Shown here: positions 55,397-64,000 of the stretch, piece by piece
Numbering within the stretch: position 1 is the first letter of the stretch
Layout: each line of letters opens with the position of its first letter
Source: Monocercomonoides exilis PA203
Lineage: Eukaryota > Protista > Preaxostyla
Direction of reading: 5' to 3'
Length of the DNA stretch: 64,000 nt
Assembly (NCBI GenBank): GCA_001643675.2
Contig: LSRY02000044.1
Location: 124,001-188,000 of the forward strand
Notes under the pieces: model-generated
Told to the model about the DNA's origin: nothing
Seen by the model: only the letters and a program-made list of their open reading frames with translations
The model's database searches: none
Made by a program: the position numbers and the translations under genes

Positions 55397-58300
55397 ATGT
55401 GATTATCAACAATGCTTCAATTTACACAGGATTCATCAATTTTTTTGCAAAAGAAAAAATGAGGCACCCAAACAGAGCGTTCTGTGAAATATGTCAGGAA
55501 AAGTGTGAATTTCAAAAATGGAATGTCATATCAAAATTTCCGAAACTATTAGGGATATCTCACGAATACAATTATTCTCCTAACGTCATTCCCCCAAAGA
55601 TGACAATTTTTGATTCGGATGAAAATAACTGTCAAACAGTTCACAAGTCGTGCAACGAACATTTTTCAAGAATCAATCCTTCAGTTAAATCAATGCAAAA
55701 TGCATGTTACAAGTTTATGGGACAAATTCTTTTCAAAAGAATAGACCAAAACCATGGCCACAACATATCATTTGTTCTTTCAAAGGATGGACCAAAAGAA
55801 TATAAAACTATCTGCAATGATGGTTGTACTCGTTCTGTGAGAAAAGAAGAATATAATTCCAGTTGGAAATCATTGTTCAATGAAGGATTTAGACCATCAT
55901 TTTCAATTTATTTAATTGAAGAATCTTCCACTCACATTAACAATTTGTTCAAAGGAGGAATTGATGATATATCATCAAATCCGTTAAAAAAATCAATTGA
56001 TTCTTCATCTCAACCGTTAGAAACTCAACAAACAATTTCTTCCAATCATCCAAATAATAAATCGAAAGACTGTGACTCTTCAAACATTTCATATTCATCA
56101 TCATCATCAATTCAATCTTCATTTCAACCAATAAGAAATTTCCGTCTCTCATCAACTGATAAAAATGGGAAATCGACAACTTCATTATTCTTTGATCATT
56201 ATCCAAATCCTTTCTATTCATCTGTTTCTTTTTTTTCAAATTCAGAAAAAGATTTATTATCCTCACGTACATCCTTTTCACCTCCTTCAAATCTCATTTC
56301 AACTTTGTCAACTTCTCCTTCTCAAAAGCTTAATTCCAAAAACAATCAGATTATCACCTCTGTTTATTCGGATGGAAATCCTTTGGTAGACAAGTCAATT
56401 TTGAAATATAAAACAAGGAGGGATTCTGAAACAACAAATGAAATCGAAGATGATTATAAAAGTGTTGTTAACCTATTTTATAAAGAAATCATTTCACCTT
56501 CCACTATTCACACTACCAGTCCACTCATCTCAAACAATGTTCAGATGCAGAATTACACTTCAACAAAAGGAAATGCTTCTTCAAAATCACCTCACTTATT
56601 TCTTTCGCCAAAAGTCAAAATGCTGTGCTCGATTCATTTCACCATTCGTTGCAATCAATTGAAAACTCATCGAATATCCTTTTTCATTCGAATTTTCCAG
56701 GCAATATTAATTCACATCACACAACTCATTCGTTTTGTTCGAGGAAACCATCATGTTCTTCCCTTGCATTATTTTCAAATGAAAACGACAATTCTTCAAA
56801 ACCAGCACTTAACAAATCAATTCACTTTGCACATCATGACAATAATAAGGCAATCAACTCTTCATCATCTTCATTTAAAAATGAAAAATCCTCAACTCTT
56901 CCATTCTCTTCCTCACTTGATTCAGCTACCAATTCTTCATCTGAACTCCGCAAAATCTCATCTGTTTCAAAAGGAGCTCAATTTTCATCAATCAATTGCA
57001 ACATTTTTTCCTCTGTTTCTAAAAACACATATTCAACTTTTCTTCAACAGAATTTGTTCACAAATTCAAGGCATATCCCACTAATTTTTTCTCCTGAGGA
57101 AAAAAGACTAATATTCATTCCAAAAATCAGCTTTGGAAAGATTTTGTTAATGAAACAAGTATCAAACTATCATTATCATTCTTTTACAAACTTACAAAAA
57201 ATTTTGTAAAAGCAAGTAAAAGGACGGACATGTGTGGTTATTGTCAACATTTACAATCTTTAGAAAAGAAACATCAATTATCCAATTCCTCACAAATTCT
57301 GACCGAAAAGGAATTATCGACAATGAAATCTTTAAAGGAACATAAACTATTTGCAAATTGGCAAAGGGAATACTACAATCATTGCGTTCATAATGTCAAA
57401 GAAGGTGAAGTTGTTTGTGTATTTGATTTTTAAAGAAAAATGGAAGCTTCCACTTCGAAACGTTCAACTTCAGCAAGAATTCAACCAGTACAACCAAATA
57501 TCTCAGTTTACAGTTATCACATATCAATTTGTTGATTGTCATTTATCCAAATATACTTATAACTTTTTCTCTCATTGCTTAACCAACGATCATCGCTTCG
57601 TTATTGATTGTCTCGAATCTATTTTCAAAAGGCCTGCTAGCAATAATGTGAAAACAGTCAAATTTTTTTGTGATTCTGGTCCACACAATAGGAACAGATT
57701 CTTGTTGAGTTTTATTCTTTCTCCAAACTCACAAGTATTTCACAAAAAAAAATACAGAGCTGAATTTCTTTGCAGAGCATCATGGAAAAAATGTCTGCGA
57801 TGGAGAATTCGGAACTTTGGTTAACTTTATGAACAATAACGTGGATGAAAATATTGAAACACTTCCTCAGTTGTTGTCTTTGTTTTCAGCTCATTTCAAC
57901 TCTTCAAAATTTTGTGGCAATCGAAGACTGGCTAATGAACATCAACAACTAATTTCATCAAACATCCTTCAAAATGACATGAAAAGTATAATTCATCAAA
58001 GATTTTTCGAAGAATACATACCATCAAACAGATCCGTTTGGCCCTCACTGATAATTGATCACATGGGTGTTTTTTTTTTGATATCATAAAAAAAGATCAA
58101 AAATTGAAAAAATAAAATTTATAACGGTATATATTGATCATAGAGAAAAATTGATTTTTTGCAAGTATTTAACTTTTATTTCTGTTATAAATATTTGTTT
58201 TATTTTCATATGCAAAAACCACACCTCTTTTATGTTTAGAGAGAAAATGGAAAATTTCAGATCAAGTTTTTTTGAAATTTCAAGAAACGAATAAATAAAA

Positions 58301-58599
58301 CTTCAAAATGAAAAAGTTAAGTTTCTCAACTTTCCAAACAGTACTAATAATTGGAAAATAAAAATGAAAAGATATTGGAAAAGTTAAAAATATGCATAAA
58401 TTTTTTCTTTTTTATTTTTTATTATTTTTTTTGATATTCAAAAAAAGAGAATTGTTCGTTATCTATTATTAATAATGTTTCAACATAACAAATTATCCGT
58501 TCCAGTCCAGTGATTCAGTAACTGGATGGAATTGTGGAAAAGTAAATATTGCTAAGAACAACAGTTGATTCAAATTCTTCTATTTCTCTCTCTTCTCCT

Positions 58600-59400
58600 G
58601 ATCTTATCACTTATTGACTTCTCTCTCCATCCTCTTTGTTCTTCGTCCAATATTTTCCATTATTGTTTCTTTGAAATTCTCATTCAACATACGTCCTCTT
58701 TCGCTCCTTTATATGCAATGGAATTCATTCCATTCATCCTTCGTTTCTTCTTCTCTCTTCTTTCATTTCTTCATTAATTGCCAACTCCCCTGCCCTCTCC
58801 CTCTCACTCACCAACTGCACAATCGCCAACATCGACTCAGCTCCACAACGCCAACAGATTCACACCAATGGAGAAAACATCTCATTCGCCTCATCCGTTT
58901 CTGCCAACACATTTTTGGTGTACAGCACCACCTTCTCCAGCTGCTCTGTGAGCGAGGATACAAGTTCTGGAGGAAAAGGCGGTGCTCTCATGGTCGAGTA
59001 CAACGATGATTCAGAAGTGTCATCCACAACCTTTTCCATCACCAATATTGTGTTTTCAGCCAACAAGGCCAGTGTTGGAAGAGATGTGTATTTCGTGTGT
59101 GAATCCCTTGTCGCTTCTGTGAATGAGCCCTTGTTTGCCTTCATGAGAAGCATCACTGAAAAAAACAACTCGATTGTTGGACATGACAGAACAGAAGCAT
59201 TCGGTGATTGGAATATCGATTTGTTTATATTTCTCAACGGGCATGCAGCTGACAATGAATATGTGAATGATCATCTTGGTATCAAAGCAATGAATTGTTG
59301 GACATCAAAGATGTCATGCAAGAGTGCGCACAATGCGACGGGGCTTCTGAAGAAGGTGCAATAGAATGTTGCGTAGATAAAGACAAAGAAGACAAGGAAG
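58600..59400 (+). pseudogene. Distant fragment of the GGxI beta-helix surface-protein superfamily
   Basis: TTFSSCS..GGKGGALMV..IVFSANKASVGRDVYFVC resembles GKGGGVYL..MKFSSNTARVGNDIFIEC at ~18080-18200. Confidence 0.6.
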
Positions 59401-62400
59401 CTGAAGGTGAAGAGGAAGATGCAGTTGAAGCAACAGAATAGTTTGTGTGTGTGTAATACGATAAGAGATTATTAAAGTTGAAACATGCTATTTCTAATCT
59501 TTGTCATTTTCTTTCTCTCTCAATTTCTCCTCCTTCATCTTCTTCTTCTCTTTTGGAGAGCTCCTTATCCAGCAAAAGAAGAAATTTGCAGAAAGCGTTG
59601 AAAGTGGAAGGAGGTCGAGAAGGAGGAGAGAGAAGAAGAAGAATTAGAATAAGAGAATGAGGATGAAGAGATGAGAATGATGCAACTTCCAATACCCACC
59701 TGATGCTAACAGCAGCATCATCAGAGGACGAGACAATGGAGGGGGACTGGGATATGAACGACGCAAAAGAAAAGGAAGAAGAAGAAGAAGAAGGTATTGA
59801 TGATGAAGAGAAGATATCTAAAGTGTACTCTGAAAAGAGAAAGCCAGCGTGTGTGGAAAGGAGGCAGTCATCGGCGTCACCGAAATATCTGTTGAAGCAA
59901 ATGGTGCGGTGGAGATGGCACATTGTTCAGTCTTTTTTTTCTGTTCTGTTTCCAATGGCAGCAGAAACTCTGAGAATCCATCCTGGAAGAGATCATCAGT
60001 CCATGCTTCGCGATCGAAACTGATTAAAAAAAGTGATTAAATGAGGGATGATTCATATGTAAGAATATTATTAGATTGAATTAATTGAAATAAAATATTG
60101 AAAAAAATTAATTTGCAATCAAGAAATGGAATAAAAGCAAAAAATAACAAATAATAGAATAATATAGAAAACCTTATAAAATGAGGAATTGTGCCTTCAT
60201 TGTTTATCGCACAGAGTTTTATGGAGATTGTTTGTGTAGGTCACAACAGAGTGGAAAGATTTGGCGTCTCTATGATTTTTATGCAGAGGCAGTTCAGACA
60301 GGCATTTCGATGCAGGTTGTCAATGCACACACTCACAAAATGACCAATGCGACCAACTAACAAATCCCTGTCAAGGATGTCTGTTCACAAGAAAAAGAGA
60401 AAAACAAAAGCAAATAGTTCAAAATTTTTAAAAGAATATGAAATAAAAATAAAAATAAGCAATTTATTTTAAATTGATAATATTTCTTTGTTAAATAAAA
60501 AGAAAATAAACACAAACATTTATTCCAATCTTCTCCATCACCAACATTGATCCGTCTGAAATTCTGTTTTTTTCTCTCGTCGAGCTCAGAACATCCGCAG
60601 CCTTTGGCTCTCATCTCTTTCCTAAAATCTTTCTTCTTTGAAAATCTAGTCAATCTTGTATGTTAATAGCTAATTTCCCCCAAAGATAGACATTTTCATT
60701 TACAAGTCTCATAAAGCTTGCTGCACTGGGCGCGTCCAACTTCGCCTCTTCGACTGTTTCCTTGTTCTGTGACGTGAACTGAGTCTGCTTTTCATTCGCA
60801 ATCCTCTTTGGCTATATGATAAACTTCTACGCCTGTGTTTCTACCCTGCTCGAATCAGACAACAAATAATTCAACTCAGACTGGTAGATTCCACTGAAGC
60901 TTCCATTTCCCCTCTTCTCTGCTGCTTCCACCACATTCTTCTCTATCTGGTCCGTGTTATCGCAAAATTCCAACCACACGAAGCTTCTATACTCTCTTCC
61001 ATTGTGCCTGTCCATGCAGCGCAGAAAGCGGCACATTCAAGAGATCTTCGCAATGGTGCCTGTGAATAAGATGAGCGGGTCATTCGCCTCTAATTTCTCA
61101 TCCGTTACCGACGACCGGCCATTCCTAATCGAGTTCTCATTCTGTTCATAGAACAGATTCATTTTCACATCCTACACCACACACGAAACAAACAGTGAGC
61201 ATTCGAGGTTAACCTGAGGAATCTCAGGAGCCCACTCCTTCTACTGCTTCCTCCGAAATAAATCTATCGCGAACTGAGGGTCAGACGAAGGTTTCGGTGA
61301 TGGAGCGCACAGAAAGCTGTCGCGAAAAGCACACAAAGTATTCTGTACATGTTGCGAGTATTGGATGACGTTAATCTCCTCCATTTCTGCGTCTGCTCCG
61401 TCACTCCCATCAAACCTCCTTTGCGCCACAAGCACTGTCAGCGCACCTTCCTCTCCTTCTCTTCCCGGATTATCGACCCTTTGCCTCTCTTACTTCTTCT
61501 TCTTCAGCAGCAATTGTAATTAGCAGATATTGTCAATTTCGGATTTTTTGTTCTCTAAAATTGAACCAACTTCAGCTAAATATGTTTTGTGACTGGACCA
61601 GGAGGAAGATCCATATGTTTCATCTGCATTTGCTGCTTTTTTTTTACAACTTCCATCGCTATCATGCTAACTCCCATTCTGCTCGGAATGTCCAATGAAG
61701 ATAACAATCCACCAGAAATCAAAGCATTTTATATTCCTTCACCTCCTTCGTCTCTCTCTCTTCTGCTTGAAAGAAAGCCATCATCCATTTTTCCTAAATC
61801 TCCCGCTTCGCCTCCACAGTCAGCTCATTCTCTGGGAATCTTTTCATTCATCTTCCGCTTGTCTTTCTCCTTAGTGGATGTCTTCTCAAACATTTGAGTT
61901 AGTTCGTTGTGGAAATTCTCCGGAGCTGCAACATGCTTTGCATTCTCTTCTTCTTCTTCTTTTCTTCTTCTTCTTCTTTCCTTTCTGTTATTCCCTTTTC
62001 CATCATTTTCTTTTCGTGAAGGCATTAAAGGAAGGTTTGTTTTCATCAAAAAACCAGAAATTGGAAGAGGAAGAAGAAGAAGAAGACAGAAGAAGAAGAA
62101 GAATAGGAAGACGAAGACGAAGAGGAAGAAGAAGAAGTGAAAGAAGACTTTTTATCATTTTCTTTAAGAAGTTTGTTGGTAATTTTGATTATATCGAAAA
62201 GAAGAAGAAAGAGAAGGAGAAGATAAAGATTGCGTAAAACAGCGGACGAACGGAATGATGTGAAAAGGTTGCTTAATCGTTGTTCTGAGAGAGCAAGCAT
62301 ATAAGGTGATTGATTATGAAGATGAGAGACGAAGAATAGGAAGGCAAAGAGGAAGAGGAAGACGATGAAACAAATTAACAAAATGAACACATTCTGAATT

Positions 62401-62874
62401 TTGTGGAGAAAAAGAAGACTGAAAGGAAGAGAAGACGACTACGATAAAGACGAAGGAAACAAATATGAAAGAAGAGGAAGAAGAAAAATTATACGAGCAA
62501 AAAATGGATTCGAAGACATTTTCAGCAGGAGTCGAATGCATTGTTGTGGTGCAATCGGAATAAGTCATATTTGAAAATCTCAGCAAACAGGAAAAAGTGA
62601 AATCTTCGTGATGCAAAAGAAGAATATTATATCGCATCAGCGTTGTGGATGAATGAAATGTTGAAGCTTCAAACTGTTGCATGATTGAAATAGTTAAATT
62701 TCGAATGACTAAGAAGAATAAGAGCATGAAGACTCAAATTCTATTTGATATTTGACATCTGTTATAAGCATCAAATGTTCTATATATTGAAATGCGAACA
62801 AAATTGTTGTTCTGTCACTGTACACAATGAATCTCCATATAAAAATTCGATGAAAAAAATGCAGTTTCAGATGC

Positions 62875-63754
62875 ATTTCTGAAAGATGAATTATTATTCT
62901 TTCATTTTCACTGATATTCCATCTCGGGCTGACAAATTATTTATGAAAAAAATCGTATTGGTTGCTATTATTGCAGCTTTTTTAATAGAAATAAAATGAG
63001 AATATGGTTCAAACACATTAATTGCTTTGCGCTTTGCTCACAAAAATATCCATATGAAAATTAATGCATATTTATTTTTGACACAATAAAATACAAAAAA
63101 TTATAAATACGTTCCATTTTCCTGAAAATATGTGAAATAAAAAATCTCGATCACAAAAGTGGTCACTAATTTTTCTTCAGATTTTGCAACAAACAGACAT
63201 AAAAAGATGTGGGGAAGCTGTCTGCGTGGAAATCTGAGAAAAAATTAGTGACCACTTTTGTGATCGCCAGTCATTTACAAAAACACTTTTATTAAGGTTC
63301 TCATCAGATTTGATCCGTTGAACGATCGGAACTATTATAAAACTGAAAATTGAAATGACTGGCGATCACAAAAGTGGTCACTAATTTTTTCTCAGATTTC
63401 CACGCAGACAGCTTCCCCACATCTTTTTATGTCTGTTTGTTGCAAAATCTGAAGAAAAATTAGTGACCACTTTTGTGATCGAGATTTTTTATTTCACATA
63501 TTTTCAGGAAAATGGAACGTATTTATAATTTTTTGTATTTTATTGTGTCAAAAATAAATATGCATTAATTTTCATATGGATATTTTTGTGAGCAAAGCGC
63601 AAAGCAATTAATGTGTTTGAACCATATTCTCATTTTATTTCTATTAAAAAAGCTGCAATAATAGCAACCAATACGATTTTTTTCATAAATAATTTGTCAG
63701 CCCGAGATGGAATATCAGTGAAAATGAAAGAATAATAATTCATCTTTCAGAAAT
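62875..63754. repeat. Long inverted repeat: 402-bp arms (62875-63276 / 63353-63754), 76-bp spacer, each arm containing a 119-bp hairpin
   Basis: No mismatch was found between the arms by eye. The 27-bp motif cgatcacaaaagtggtcactaattttt occurs four times in alternating orientation (63148, 63240-63266, 63363, 63455-63481). Confidence 0.95.
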
Positions 63755-64000
63755 TTGTCTGTAAGTGATTCTATTTTAATGAGTATTTTTTTGACTTTAT
63801 TTTTTATTTCATCATGGTTAATTGGTTTTTTCTCCATTATTATTAATTCGATCTATCTTTTTTTTGATTCTCTATTTTGACTTATTATTTCTTTGAATAT
63901 ACTCTGAACTTATCTTCATTGATTTTTAAAATTTATTTAAAAATTTATTCATCTGACTTTTGGATTTTATTTTTCATGTTTATCGTATATTGATAGCTAT

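Larger units (their letters stand above)
53113..58066 (+). pseudogene. Decayed Sola-like DDD transposase gene containing a USP (peptidase C19) domain
   Basis: Transposase core: KRTDMCGYC, HKLFANWQREYY, VVCVFDF(K), KFFCDSGPHNRN and EHHGKNVCDGEFG (read across frameshifts, 57.2-57.8 kb). USP: GLRNSVNTCYLSSILQCL, QQNVCEAF, CLKC/CEIC, HGHNISFV, ICNDG (54.7-55.9 kb). The superfamily call rests on recalled motifs. Confidence 0.7.

Noticed and set aside
55127-55400. MITE acting as a spliced-out introner (GT at 55127)
   Set aside because: The AG acceptors tried near its 3' end give out-of-frame products or stops.
59400-62750. Short ORFs and purine-rich tracts
   Set aside because: These look like heavily decayed low-complexity gene remnants with no recognisable domain.
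1-64000. tRNA or rRNA genes
   Set aside because: None recognised by eye. tRNAscan-SE or Infernal would be needed to exclude them.

Overview
AT-rich, intron-containing protist DNA using the standard genetic code. Poly-Ser proteins, GGxI beta-helix receptor pseudokinases and short AT-rich GT-AG introns suggest an oxymonad such as Monocercomonoides; this is an inference, not verified. Apparently intact host genes are a giant 5'-truncated USP9X/24/34-like deubiquitinase (<2..12184), a probable two-exon SPRY-like gene, SmB, and a large secreted CxxxC-rich protein. A beta-helix/TM/pseudokinase receptor (14.3-21.3 kb) carries one 2-bp frameshift, and three more fragments of that family are scattered through the window. 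The rest is a graveyard of DNA transposons, several with TIRs and TSDs readable by eye: a Merlin/IS1595-type element, a 3.5-kb element with an 8-bp TSD carrying a host-gene remnant, TA-TSD MITEs with 21-bp subterminal arrays, 4-bp-TSD MITEs and a foldback MITE. Two things stand out. One is a decayed Sola-like DDD transposase with a complete USP (C19) deubiquitinase domain inside it (53.1-58.1 kb). The other is an apparently perfect 402-bp-arm palindrome whose arms each contain their own hairpin (62.9-63.8 kb). All alignments were done by eye and no database searches were run.
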